Positions 1-9,865 of a stretch of DNA of 64,000 nucleotides are shown piece by piece. Source of the DNA: Neosynechococcus sphagnicola sy1 (lineage in GTDB: Bacteria; Cyanobacteriota; Cyanobacteriia; Neosynechococcales; Neosynechococcaceae); assembly GCF_000775285.1 (NCBI RefSeq), contig NZ_JJML01000026.1, positions 56,151-120,150 on the forward strand, written 5' to 3'. The notes under the pieces are model-generated. The model saw only the letters and a list, made by a program, of their open reading frames with translations. It was not told the DNA's origin and did no database searches. Position 1 is the first letter of the stretch. Each line of letters begins with the position of its first letter. Both the position numbers and the translations under genes were made by a program.

Positions 1-1010
1 CGTTTGCCCCCGCCCCAGCAACCCTCTCCCGAGAAACCGGTCTGCTGCTCTATGAAGACATGGTGTTAGGGCGGCTATTTGAAGATAAGTGTGCTGAGAT
101 GTATTACCGGGGTAAAATGTTCGGCTTTGTCCATCTGTACAACGGCCAGGAAGCGGTTGCCTCCGGTGTGATCAAGTCGATGCGTTCTGACGACTATGTT
201 TGTAGTACCTACCGCGATCATGTCCATGCCCTGAGTGCAGGTGTCCCCGCCCGGGAAGTAATGGCGGAGTTGTTTGGGAAGGCAACGGGTTGCAGCAAAG
301 GCCGGGGTGGATCGATGCACCTGTTCTCTGCTGAGCATCGGTTGCTGGGTGGGTTTGCCTTTGTGGCGGAAGGGATTCCGGTGGCGACGGGAGCTGCCTT
401 TCAATCCCGCTATCGGCGTGAAGTCATGGGAGATGCCAGTGCTGACCAGGTAACGGCCTGCTTCTTTGGCGATGGCGCTTGCAATAATGGTCAGTTCTTT
501 GAGTGTCTGAATATGGCCGTGTTGTGGAAGTTGCCGATTCTCTTTGTGGTGGAAAACAATAAGTGGGCCATTGGGATGTCTCATGAGCGAGCAACCTCTG
601 TACCCGAAATCTATAAAAAAGCCGCCGCCTTTGGAATGCCTGGGATCGAAGTCGATGGCATGGATGTGCTTGCTGTGCATACTGTTGCCGAAGCTGCGAT
701 CGCCCGAGCCCGAGCCGGGGAAGGCCCCACCCTGATTGAAGCCCTTACCTATCGTTTCCGAGGCCATTCCCTGGCCGATCCGGATGAATTACGTTCGAAG
801 GATGAAAAAGATTTCTGGTTGGTGCGCGATCCTATTAAACGACTGGCGACTTACCTCACGGAGCAGCAGTTGGCAACGGCGGAAGAGCTCAAGGCCATTG
901 ATCGCAAAATCCAAGCGGTGATCGAAGAAGGAGTGAAATTCGCCGAGGAGAGCCCAGAACCCGACCCCAGTGAGCTTTATCGTTATATCTTTGTGGAAGA
1001 TGATGCCTAA
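1..1010 (+). CDS. pdhA: pyruvate dehydrogenase (acetyl-transferring) E1 component alpha subunit, 5'-partial
   Basis: The 316-aa ORF at 60..1010 has typical PdhA motifs ([21 protein letters not shown]-binding GDGA..NNGQFFE). The same frame stays open back to nt 3 (..[12 protein letters not shown]), so the true start lies upstream of the window. Confidence 0.9.
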   Translation, partial: FAPAPATLSRETGLLLYEDMVLGRLFEDKCAEMYYRGKMFGFVHLYNGQEAVASGVIKSMRSDDYVCSTYRDHVHALSAGVPAREVMAELFGKATGCSKGRGGSMHLFSAEHRLLGGFAFVAEGIPVATGAAFQSRYRREVMGDASADQVTACFFGDGACNNGQFFECLNMAVLWKLPILFVVENNKWAIGMSHERATSVPEIYKKAAAFGMPGIEVDGMDVLAVHTVAEAAIARARAGEGPTLIEALTYRFRGHSLADPDELRSKDEKDFWLVRDPIKRLATYLTEQQLATAEELKAIDRKIQAVIEEGVKFAEESPEPDPSELYRYIFVEDDA

Positions 1011-1029
1011 GTGATCTCCCTGTGCAGCC

Positions 1030-1536
1030 CTATAGCAATGACTGGAGTAGCGACTGGGCTCGCTTCAGGAACTGCTGCCGAGAAGGCTCGGGCACCCGAG
1101 CCGCGAGGTGATTCAATAGGTCGGCTGTGGATCTTGCCTCTGGCACCAGCTGTTGGATCAATAAAGAGGCGATGGGGCCGATCGCCTCAGCCAGCAGTTG
1201 TTCGAGTTGTTTCTGCTGAGCGGCGGATAGGGCATTGCTGAACTTCAACTTAGGCGGACTGGTGGTGCCAGCGGGAGTTGTTTCTGGAGTGGTCGTTGTC
1301 TGGGATGGCGATGCAGCTGGCTTCTGAAACCAGAGGGTGAGTTCCGCTGAACTTTCGACTAGGACACAAAAGTCTCCCGTATCAAGATAGCCCCGACAAC
1401 ACTTGAGTGCTTCTTGACGACTGATCTTGGGAAAGGACTGTTTTTTGACAAAGACCCGACCCAGAAACCTGGCTTCTGCTGAGGTTGACTGGGAAGAACC
1501 CAATAGTTCTAAATCTTGATCGTGTAGTAGCAACAT
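1030..1536 (-). CDS. hypothetical protein carrying a single C-terminal IGPIA module (LEQLLAEAIGPIASLLIQQL...)
   Basis: 168-aa ORF. Its C-terminal ~55 aa matches the module found three times in the Ser/Thr kinase at 3646..5557. A Thr/Pro-rich linker precedes it. The N-terminal ~75 aa is uncharacterised. Confidence 0.5.
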   Translation of the reverse strand: MLLLHDQDLELLGSSQSTSAEARFLGRVFVKKQSFPKISRQEALKCCRGYLDTGDFCVLVESSAELTLWFQKPAASPSQTTTTPETTPAGTTSPPKLKFSNALSAAQQKQLEQLLAEAIGPIASLLIQQLVPEARSTADLLNHLAARVPEPSRQQFLKRAQSLLQSLL

Positions 1537-1754
1537 TAGAAACTCACGATAGTAACGCTGACAATCCTCTCAAGCCTTAAACCTTGTTGCATGGCAGCTG
1601 GTTACCTAGCTGGCTGGTGCTTAAATCCTGTGGTGATGGAATTTGCCGATGAGACGGCATCACACCGCTGATTTAGTTTCGACATTGTATCAGGACAATC
1701 CAAAATACATGCGTAAACTTACTTAAAGTAGGGTCTGAAGCCTGGGGGAAGTGA

Positions 1755-2612
1755 TCAGTGCTGGAATAGCGGGGCTGGTTGCTCATGGATGTGCGTTTCA
1801 ATCGGCTTCACCTTCTCAATAAAGCGGATGAGAAACCCATAGTCAGGGGGCGGCGCATTGGGAACATACCCAGCTTCCGTGGCGATCGCCGGGCTGGCCG
1901 CGTTCATCGCCTGCTGAATCAACTGCTGCTGGTTACGCTCCACACTGGGACTGATTAAGACCGCACCAGGGGGAATTTTGCGGCTGGTGTGCAGCACCCG
2001 AAAGGTGCCGACTGGGAATTGAGGGCGCAGGCGAGCGAATTCATCTTGGGCCATCGCCCCCGCAGTCACTGCCCCCTGATCCACCCACTCCAGAACTTTC
2101 TGGGGGGTAGGGGCGATCTGGACAGCTGCTAAGGTCAGGCCATACAAATCGTAGAGAGGCAGGTAATACCCCGTAGCAGAACCAGGCTGGGTCAGCGCCA
2201 CTCGATGATTGGCCAGATCAGAAATTTGCTTCATCGGGCTATCTTGTAGCACCACCAGCACCGAATGGAGATTATTCACCCCTTGCAGGGGGAACAGAGG
2301 GTGATATTGAGCTTTGGCAATGGCGATCGCGGTTAATCCTGGAGGAGCAAATACTAAAGACCAAGCTTGGCGCTGAATTTGCTCCAAAGCCTTGACCTCG
2401 TTATAGGCCGGTTCCAGTTCAATCTGCGTCCTTAACTGTCCGGATAAATAGGTAAGAAACTGCTGGTACTGATCCAGGGATCGATTGCCTTCACCATAGG
2501 TGACAATTCCAATTGTTAACTTTCCAGAACCATTTTGAGAAGCCGTCTGCAAAGCTGCACAACCCGATAGTAAGGCGAGGATCTGATACAAGAGGAGTCG
2601 ACGTGGAATCAT
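1755..2612 (-). CDS. PhnD/SsuA-type periplasmic substrate-binding lipoprotein (orphan; no ABC permease or ATPase nearby)
   Basis: 285 aa. Signal peptide with lipobox (LLSGC). Phosphonate-binding-like fold signature (KLTIGIV...YLPLYDLYGLTL...). No transporter partner genes are adjacent. Confidence 0.6.
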   Translation of the reverse strand: MIPRRLLLYQILALLSGCAALQTASQNGSGKLTIGIVTYGEGNRSLDQYQQFLTYLSGQLRTQIELEPAYNEVKALEQIQRQAWSLVFAPPGLTAIAIAKAQYHPLFPLQGVNNLHSVLVVLQDSPMKQISDLANHRVALTQPGSATGYYLPLYDLYGLTLAAVQIAPTPQKVLEWVDQGAVTAGAMAQDEFARLRPQFPVGTFRVLHTSRKIPPGAVLISPSVERNQQQLIQQAMNAASPAIATEAGYVPNAPPPDYGFLIRFIEKVKPIETHIHEQPAPLFQH

Positions 2613-2716
2613 GGTTGAAGCAACTAACTCAATGGGAACTGTGAGGCTCTGACTGTACTGATTGATATCCTAGTGCTAGGCTGTAACGTGATTTTCTTTT
2701 AATTTTCTACAGACTT

Positions 2717-3622
2717 ATGATGATCAAGCATTGGTCTCTTAGTAACAAATTTAGTTTGCTATTGCTATTAATTTTCATTGGAGCGGTCTTAATTAGTGGC
2801 GTAGCCTTGTCAAGAACATTGAATCAAGTGGCTGAGAGCGTCGTTCAGGCTAAAGCCAATCTGTTATTACAAACCATGCTCTCGGTGCGGACTTATACCT
2901 CCACCCAAGTGAATCCAGAATTGGCACCTCGGCTGGAGACGGAATCAGCATTTTTGCCCCAAACAGTACCGGGCTATGCGGCTCGGGAGACCTTTGAAGA
3001 CTTTCGCAAAAACCCTGAGTACAATGATTTCTTCTACAAAGAGGCTACCCTTAATCCCACAAACTTACGGGACAAAGCAGATGGTTTTGAGTCAGAGATA
3101 GTTGAAAGCTTCCGTAATAACTCCAGCCTTAAGGAACTCAGTGGGTATCGCTCGACACCGGGGGGTGAATTGTACTACATTGCTCGCCCGATGATTATTA
3201 AGAAAGAAAGCTGTCTTCGCTGTCATAGTACCGCAGAGGCTGCTCCCAAAAGTTTAATCGCCACCTACGGCAGTGAAAATGGCTTCGGGTGGAAATTGAA
3301 CGACATTGTGGGGGCACAAATAATTTCTGTTCCTGCTCGGGAGATTATCACCAGTGCCCAACGATCCTTTGTCACCATTATGGGAATTGTGATTGCAGCG
3401 TTTGCCATTGCCCTACTGGTGATGAATCTATTTCTCAGACGGGCGGTGATTCGGCCCCTGAATCGGATTGCCAAAGCTGCCAATGAAGTCAGTACTGGCA
3501 ACATGGCGGCGGAGTTTGATGTCCAGTCCCGTGATGAAATGGGAACCCTGGCCACGGCTTTTACCCGGATGAAAACCAGTCTGGTAATGGCTATGGAGAT
3601 GCTGAGTCAACGCCGAAATTAA
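2717..3622 (+). CDS. membrane sensor stub: TM, DUF3365-like periplasmic c-type haem (CxxCH) domain, TM, HAMP; no output domain
   Basis: 301 aa. N-terminal TM (LLLLIFIGAVLISGVAL). Periplasmic domain with CLRCH. Second TM (IMGIVIAAFAIALLVMNLFL) is followed by a complete HAMP domain (RPLNRIAKAANEVSTGN...MGTLATAFTRM), and the protein ends about 20 aa later. Confidence 0.6.
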   Translation: MMIKHWSLSNKFSLLLLLIFIGAVLISGVALSRTLNQVAESVVQAKANLLLQTMLSVRTYTSTQVNPELAPRLETESAFLPQTVPGYAARETFEDFRKNPEYNDFFYKEATLNPTNLRDKADGFESEIVESFRNNSSLKELSGYRSTPGGELYYIARPMIIKKESCLRCHSTAEAAPKSLIATYGSENGFGWKLNDIVGAQIISVPAREIITSAQRSFVTIMGIVIAAFAIALLVMNLFLRRAVIRPLNRIAKAANEVSTGNMAAEFDVQSRDEMGTLATAFTRMKTSLVMAMEMLSQRRN

Positions 3623-3645
3623 GACAGGGCAACGATTCCGATGGC

Positions 3646-5557
3646 TCAGCTGGAGGGTAGCAAGACCGCCTGAAACGCTTGAGCTTGCTGAGGGTTGGCA
3701 ATGCGTTGGACAAGGGCTGCCACCAACTGACTGCGAGAGGCATGGGGGATTTCAGCCAGTGCCTCTTTTACCACTAAGGGGGCAATGGGGCCAATCGACT
3801 TTGCCAGTTCAATCTCACATCGTTGGATAAAGTCACGATCGACGGGGGGGACTGGCTGGGCTGGTTTCTGGGGCGATCGCCCCTGTCAATTGGGTGGGAG
3901 AACGGGGATCAAAGTCTTCGAGGGACTGGGTTTGCAGGAGTTCATACACTTGGGCTTGCAGCGATCGCCGAGCTGCTTCCGGGACTTGCATCAGCAATCC
4001 TTGGATAAAGCTCTGCCAGGTTGCCGCCTGTTTCAGGGATTGTTGCAGCAGCAAGGGAGCCAGGGGGCCAATCGCCTGGGTCAGGAGGGCTTCTAGTTTG
4101 TGAGCTAGGGGGGGCGGTAAGTTCAAACGACTCGGAAGAGAAGATTGGACTTCCGTGGCGACAGGGGCAAGTTGGGTCGGATTCGCAGCTGGTTTTGCAA
4201 CTTCTAAGGATGCGGGGTTAAACAGCGATTGAATTTGTGCCTGCACCTGGGGACGTGATAGCGCTGGGATTTGATTTAATAAGCGTTCCAACAACTGGTC
4301 ACAGGTGAGTCCTTCGACTAAAGCTTGGTTTAACAACAGGGGCGCGATGGGACCAATGACTTGGGTCAGTAAAGTGGCCAATTCCCGTTGGGAATTCTGC
4401 GTTAGATCGGATAACTGGGTGGAAATTTTCTGCTCCATGGCCGTAGAGGGGAACTCCCCAGGGTTCTTCTCTGGAGGGGGCAGGGTTGTCGCTGGTGGAT
4501 TCGTGCCCTCTGGAACTGGGAGGGCAGCAGGTGGATTACTGGCAGGAGCCGCAGCATCTGCACCAACGGTCGTATCAAAATTGCCAGCAACCAAAGGACG
4601 GGTCGGAGAGATCAGGGGAGGGGAGATCGCCGCTCGCAGAGACCGCTGTAAAATCTCTACCGTTGAACATCGCTGGCTGGGCTGCTTTTGGAGGCACTGC
4701 ATCACCACGGCTTCTAAAGCGGAGGGCAAGGTCTCACACCCCGGTTGCGATCGCAGGGGCTTGGGGGGCAGGCTGGTGTGGGCTCGAATCCAAGAGCTTG
4801 CCGTTGATCCCCCGGTTTTGCCCATCAAACCAAAGGGGTCGGTACCGCTGAGCATCTCATAGAGCATCATCCCGAGACTGTAGATATCAGCCCGACCATC
4901 CAGATCCATTGCTACCTCTAGTTGCTCTGGGGACGCATAGTGGAAGGTGCCAATGAACATATCCGTTTGCAGATTCGTCAGTTCTGCTTCTCCATCTAGA
5001 ATTTTGGCAATGCCAAAGTCAAGAATTTTCACCAATTCACCCAAGCCCGTCGGCACCAGAAAAATATTGTCCGGTTTCAAATCACGGTGAACAATCTTGA
5101 CTCGCTCAACTGTCTGGCTACCCTGACGTTGCAGTACCACCCCCTGATGGGCGAGTTGTAACCCAGTACACACCTGGCTGATAATGGCGACCGTATGTTC
5201 AACTGCCAGTCGTTTTTCCCGCCGGAGTAACTGTCCTAAGGTCTGTCCACTCAAATACTCCATCACAAAAAATGGATGACCTTCTGGGGTGATGCCGTAG
5301 TCGCTGACTTGAACAATATTTTCGCTACTGAGGGCTGCACACAGACTCACCTCGCGGGCAAACCGCTTCCGTACCTCTTCCGTCTCCACCAAGGCAGCTT
5401 TCAAAAGTTTGAGTGCAACTTGCTTTCCCAGCAACATATCGATGGCTAGATACACCTCACCCATCCCGCCCTGGCCCAAACGCCGTTCCAGACGATAGCG
5501 GTTTTTTTCACCAATCAAGCGCTGATGTTGAGAATCAGGCTGGGGCAGGGAACTCAT
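3646..5557 (-). CDS. Ser/Thr protein kinase with C-terminal triple IGPIA repeat module (frameshift in a G7 run at 3844-3850)
   Basis: The 574-aa ORF at 3833..5557 has Hanks kinase motifs (GQGGMGEVY, VALK, HRDLKPDNIF, DFGIAK, SPEQ). A Pro/Ala-rich linker follows, then two ~55-aa repeats (LATLLTQVIGPIAPLLLNQ; LEALLTQAIGPLAPLLLQQ). A third repeat (ELAKSIGPIAPLVVKEALAEIPHASRSQLVAAL...LLPSS*) lies directly downstream in the +1 frame. It joins the kinase frame if the C7/G7 homopolymer is shortened by one base. Confidence 0.8.
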
Positions 5558-6086
5558 GTAGCAACTTCCCGTTGTGTGAGTGAACTGAAAACTTGATTCA
5601 CAGCATACCCAACAGATACCCTGGAACCCTACATTAATTTGCTGATCTGGTTGCAGATTGCCTGCTGGTCTAGGATCTGACCTCTGCTAGGTACAAAGCT
5701 TTTCTGGACAATTTTTTGCTCCCCATCACCATATCCCAAGCCGCCGCCAGCGTGTTGATCTGCCGCTGGAGAGTCTTTTGGCTGCTGCCATTTCAGCCCT
5801 GATCAAGGGTAACCCTTGATGATACCCAGGTGAAAACTCCCCAAACCGTATCCCCAAACCCTTGAACTGCTGGGCTGCATCCCTGAGGAGTTTTTTTTCA
5901 ATGAACCAACCCCCACCCTGTGGACTGGGGTTGCTGTCAAGACCGCTGCCAGACGCTACTATCAATTGCTCAAAGCACTATCCTGATGGAGTTGGAAGTG
6001 CAAAAATGAAGCCGGGGTAGGACTCCGGGTTTTTTGATCACCCCCCAGGGATCTAGATACAGTGGTCTAACTCAAGTGAACCGTTT

Positions 6087-7601
6087 GTGATTGAAGTAGA
6101 AGTCCATCAGCAACTCTATGCATTCCTGCGGGAACAGCGCCAACCCCATTGGCCGCATCATTTGACGATGGCGCGGTTGGTGGCGAGAGCATTGCGCTTG
6201 GAACGCAGTGCTTTAATGCAAACGGGAACCCAGGAACATTATCGCCTCAGTTATCTGATGCCGTTGTTGCTGTGGCCAGGGCCAGCGATGATTGTGGCCA
6301 CCGCTGCGGTGCAGCAATGGTTGCTGATGGTGGAAATTCCCCAACTACAGCAGTGGATCCAAACTCCGAAGCCGATGCTTCAGAGCGATCGCTGGCCAGA
6401 TCCAACTTTTGAGGGGTTACTGCTGACGACGCCCGAGATCTGGCTGCTGGATCGGATCACGGGCTTGGGAAAGTTTCCTGCAGGCATTCTGACCATTCTG
6501 GATGGCGTCGATGATTTAGAAGATTGGACACGATGCGCTCTTACCCTCGACTTGCATCCCCAGGACTGGCATCACCTGACGCTGGCTCATCCCCCCCTGC
6601 TAGAGGTAATCCGAGAGACCCAGATCCAACTGACCCGATCGGTGTTTCACCACCCGCCCAATCCCTATGAGTGCCACCTGATATCCCCAGGAGAGCGGGA
6701 GATTCTGAACTATCTCTACAACCGCCTCCAGGAGGTTCTCCCTCTCCATACCCCTCCCCTGTGGAGACAATTCTGGCAGCAATGGCAACTCTCGACCTCC
6801 TTGACGTGGATGACCATTGCTCGACCGTCAGGACAGTTTTCGCTACACACAGCTCCCTCGGATGTGGCAGACGTGCTAGGGACGGTGTGGTCTCAACAAC
6901 CGGTGATTTTGATTGGCAATGCTCTGGATTTAGAAGCGGAGGCAACGCTCTATCGCCAGCGCATCGGCATTCGTGATCTCACCTGTCTGAAATTTGCCCC
7001 CGACCGCCAGCAGGAGTTGATTCAGCTCTATCTTCCCGATCACTTGCCCATGCCGAATACACCGCAGTTTCAGCCCGCCCTGCTGCAGGAAATTCGCCAG
7101 ATGTTGGCATTGCGAGCGGTGACTCTAGATCTGACCGTGATCGTGGTCGGAGACATGCCCCTGAAGGCACAACTAGCAACGGTGCTAGCGGCGGAGTTTG
7201 GCTCCCGTGTGCAGGTCGAAAAAACCAGCCTGGAACCGAACGGAATTCTGGTCACGGGCTGGGAGTTCTGGCAACAGTATCAAGGCCAACTCCCCGCGCC
7301 CCGATTATTGGCGATCGCTACCCTCCCGATTCCCTCCCTTGAAAACCCCCTCGTCGCCGGACGGGTCGCCTATTACAAGCGATCTCACCAGGACTGGTTC
7401 CGGCTGTATTTATTACCGACGGCGTTAAGTACCCTCCAACGAGCGATCGCTCCCGTGCGATCCCAACAGGGAACGGTTGCCCTCTTTGACAGCCGGGTGT
7501 TGCATCGCAGCTATGGCAAGCAGGTGCTCACCGCTTTAAGTCCCCTGGCGCGGATTAACTATTTGGAGTCTGGTGTCCGGTTTTCTTCACTGCTGGATTA
7601 G
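6087..7601 (+). CDS. DinG/Rad3-family helicase-like protein with degenerate Walker A (probably non-catalytic paralogue)
   Basis: 504 aa. The N-terminus aligns to the DinG motif I region but reads MQTGTQEHYRLSYLMPLL rather than AGTGTGKTLAYLLP. The C-terminus matches DinG motifs V/VI (LPIPSLENPLVAGRV...QGTVALFDSRVLHRSYGKQVL). Confidence 0.5.
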   Translation: MIEVEVHQQLYAFLREQRQPHWPHHLTMARLVARALRLERSALMQTGTQEHYRLSYLMPLLLWPGPAMIVATAAVQQWLLMVEIPQLQQWIQTPKPMLQSDRWPDPTFEGLLLTTPEIWLLDRITGLGKFPAGILTILDGVDDLEDWTRCALTLDLHPQDWHHLTLAHPPLLEVIRETQIQLTRSVFHHPPNPYECHLISPGEREILNYLYNRLQEVLPLHTPPLWRQFWQQWQLSTSLTWMTIARPSGQFSLHTAPSDVADVLGTVWSQQPVILIGNALDLEAEATLYRQRIGIRDLTCLKFAPDRQQELIQLYLPDHLPMPNTPQFQPALLQEIRQMLALRAVTLDLTVIVVGDMPLKAQLATVLAAEFGSRVQVEKTSLEPNGILVTGWEFWQQYQGQLPAPRLLAIATLPIPSLENPLVAGRVAYYKRSHQDWFRLYLLPTALSTLQRAIAPVRSQQGTVALFDSRVLHRSYGKQVLTALSPLARINYLESGVRFSSLLD

Positions 7602-7728
7602 TTGCCATCCCAACTGATACCAGAAACGCGGTTTCCATCAGTACCTTGAGACAGTAAAGTTTTAGGACATTTGCTTGTGGCGACAGGGATTTTTTTGTAG
7701 CTTAAGTTACAGATTTAGCTTTGCATTT

Positions 7729-7959
7729 ATGAGTTTTAGTACTTTACAACCAGTTGTTCCCCTTGGGGATGGGCAGTCATTCCAGGCTGAGTTTAAATCA
7801 CAAACTGGAACCTGGGTAAAACTCCGGGATCTCCCAACCCCCTATAGCTTCGATGAGGCATTCTTACTCTGTGAAGTCTTGGGTGGCTCCTGGGTCGCTT
7901 GGGTGCCTGACTGCGGCGAAGTTCTTCTCCAACCTAGGGAGTTTTACCGTCTGCCCTAA
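7729..7959 (+). CDS. small hypothetical protein
   Basis: ORF 7675..7959. The likelier start is the ATG at 7729 (MSFSTLQPVV...). Low-GC leader. No recognisable domain. Confidence 0.3.
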   Translation: MSFSTLQPVVPLGDGQSFQAEFKSQTGTWVKLRDLPTPYSFDEAFLLCEVLGGSWVAWVPDCGEVLLQPREFYRLP

Positions 7960-7974
7960 GACAGCAAGATAGCT

Positions 7975-8859
7975 TCAGCGTTGTTGCTGGGGAAAGAAAA
8001 TCACAGGATGCCAACTGCGTCGCAGAATTTCACCCCCAAAGCTGGGGATGGAGAGTTCCCAGAATTTGCCACAGTGCTCAGAGGTAATGGCGATGGCGCT
8101 GATATCAAGTTCCTGAGCACTTGCGAGTACTTCTGTAACTGGATTTCCCCGCCGGATCTCTACCGTGACTGCTAGATTTCCAGACTCCAGATTCGTTTTC
8201 GCGATCGCCAGTTGAGCTTCCGCTTGCTGCACCTTTGTGGCATGAGCCAGAGCATCCTGACGGGTTCCTTCCTCAACCACCCAACAGAGCAAGCACTGGT
8301 GCAGGGAATCACTGACTTGGTGTTGGGCATAGTGCTGAATCTGCTGCACCAAGAATTGAGCGGAATCACTGCCATCGTAAGGCAGCAGCAGATAGCGAAA
8401 CAGATGCTGACAACGCAAAGCTAACTCTTCTGCGGTAAAAGCAGCGGTCATCGCAGGCCGCAAATTCAAAATCGGGATTTCAGCGCGTTGGGATACCGCG
8501 ATGGTGTTACTACCAAATAACTTTTCATTCAACAGGTTACGACTGGGCATCCCCATCAGGATTACTTCCGAGCCATAGGCTTTTGCCACCGCCAGTACCC
8601 GTTCCACAGGATCCCCTGACTGGACTTCTACAACCACCTCAACTCCGGTTGGCACTTGCTGCAAGGCAGATGATAGCCGAGTTTGGGCCTGTTCTATTTT
8701 TTCGGTGTCAATACGGGGAATGCCCCCTCCCTCGTTGAGGGGGACGCTGTGCAGAAACACCAAATGACGAATGCCCCCTGCCGCTAAGTCGGGGACAAAA
8801 TGAATGAGGCGGTGCAAGCCATCGGCAAAGTCAGTACAGACTAGGCAGCGCTGAAACAT
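7975..8859 (-). CDS. universal stress protein, tandem UspA domains
   Basis: 294 aa. Two USP-like halves with nucleotide-binding loops (ILMGMPSRNLLNEKLFGSNT; IAITSEH.G...GGEIL). Confidence 0.75.
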   Translation of the reverse strand: MFQRCLVCTDFADGLHRLIHFVPDLAAGGIRHLVFLHSVPLNEGGGIPRIDTEKIEQAQTRLSSALQQVPTGVEVVVEVQSGDPVERVLAVAKAYGSEVILMGMPSRNLLNEKLFGSNTIAVSQRAEIPILNLRPAMTAAFTAEELALRCQHLFRYLLLPYDGSDSAQFLVQQIQHYAQHQVSDSLHQCLLCWVVEEGTRQDALAHATKVQQAEAQLAIAKTNLESGNLAVTVEIRRGNPVTEVLASAQELDISAIAITSEHCGKFWELSIPSFGGEILRRSWHPVIFFPQQQR

Positions 8860-9125
8860 AAAAGTCCATCTCGGAAATCGATCAACCCAGGGATATTTCT
8901 CCCTTCACCCTACCACTCTTGTTGTGTTTGGCACTGGTCTTCTAAAGGATGATTGCTAGAATTGATGACAGAGATTGGATTCTAGCCTATGAATTGCCCA
9001 GATTGCCAGAGTCAACAGATCGTGAAAAACGGCAATTAAAAGACCAGTGCCTTGGCAATTCAATTCACGATGCTGGATTTAATCCTGGCTGTTGGTGGGC
9101 CGAGAAAATTTTTAAAAAAACGAGA

Positions 9126-9563
9126 TCATTGGGGGGCAACTGTAATTTTGGCCGCGATCGCCGCTGGTATTTCCTGACTCGTCAACTGGGAAGTAACCGG
9201 GTCAACAGTCGCACAAACCACGGTTAATTGTCCCCGTGCCACTTCAATATCTGGCTGCTGCGTGAGGTTGCGAAAAATAAAGGTGTAGGTCAGAGATTTG
9301 GGCTGTTTCTTAGCCACGATCAGGTGAACTTCCAATTGATCTTCAAACCGCAGGGGATGGCGGTAGTCGCAGGTAGCCTGAACACGCGGCCAGAGAAGGG
9401 GAGGTTGATCCCCCATGGATGGGAGAACTGAAATACCCAGGGAGCGAAAGAATGCATGTTCTGCTGCTTCCATCCAACGAAAGAAATGGGTGAAATGTGC
9501 CACTCCGGCCATGTCAGTTTCAGCGAATTCGACCTGTCGCTGCGTCTTAAATTGGTAGGTCAT
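9126..9563 (-). CDS. hotdog-fold acyl-CoA thioesterase (YbgC/4-hydroxybenzoyl-CoA thioesterase family)
   Basis: The ORF spans 9126..9740, but the conserved core begins at the Met at 9563 (MTYQFKTQRQVEFAETDMAGVAHFTHFFRWMEAAEHAFFRSLG), the typical family N-terminus. Confidence 0.6.
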   Translation of the reverse strand: MTYQFKTQRQVEFAETDMAGVAHFTHFFRWMEAAEHAFFRSLGISVLPSMGDQPPLLWPRVQATCDYRHPLRFEDQLEVHLIVAKKQPKSLTYTFIFRNLTQQPDIEVARGQLTVVCATVDPVTSQLTSQEIPAAIAAKITVAPQ

Positions 9564-9865
9564 ACGCTGGGGGGTGTCAAGGGCGAAAGAATCCAGCGAA
9601 CAGTTGCAGATTTCCCTGTTGGTACTCTTGATTTTACTGAACGAGGGAGGGGATTGAATGACAATTAACTGACCGACTGACGACAACGATCTTGTCCGGC
9701 CATCCTGATAAAGAGATAAAGATTCACACTGTTCCCACACTTAATACTAATCAAAAATGAAGTCAAGTAAGATATTGGGAGAGCAAATCAGGGATGGCAG
9801 GAAGACTAAAACTGGAAATCACGCAGAAAGCAGGATACTTGGAAAAAGCCTGAAACAGGCAAAAG

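Noticed and set aside
75-767. 230-aa ORF antisense to pdhA, and many similar antisense or overlapping ORFs (e.g. 3265..3555, 4305..4862, 6541..6945, 18386..19102, 35776..36054, 49889..50107, 51110..51538, 54366..54893)
   Set aside because: They are embedded in or opposite well-supported conserved genes. They have biased Arg/Gly/Pro-rich 'shadow' composition typical of GC-rich antisense frames. No homology was recognised.
8949-9227. 92-aa plus-strand ORF between the USP and thioesterase genes
   Set aside because: It overlaps the 3' end of the thioesterase gene on the opposite strand. Its composition is not protein-like (Arg/Asn-rich tail), and no homology was recognised.
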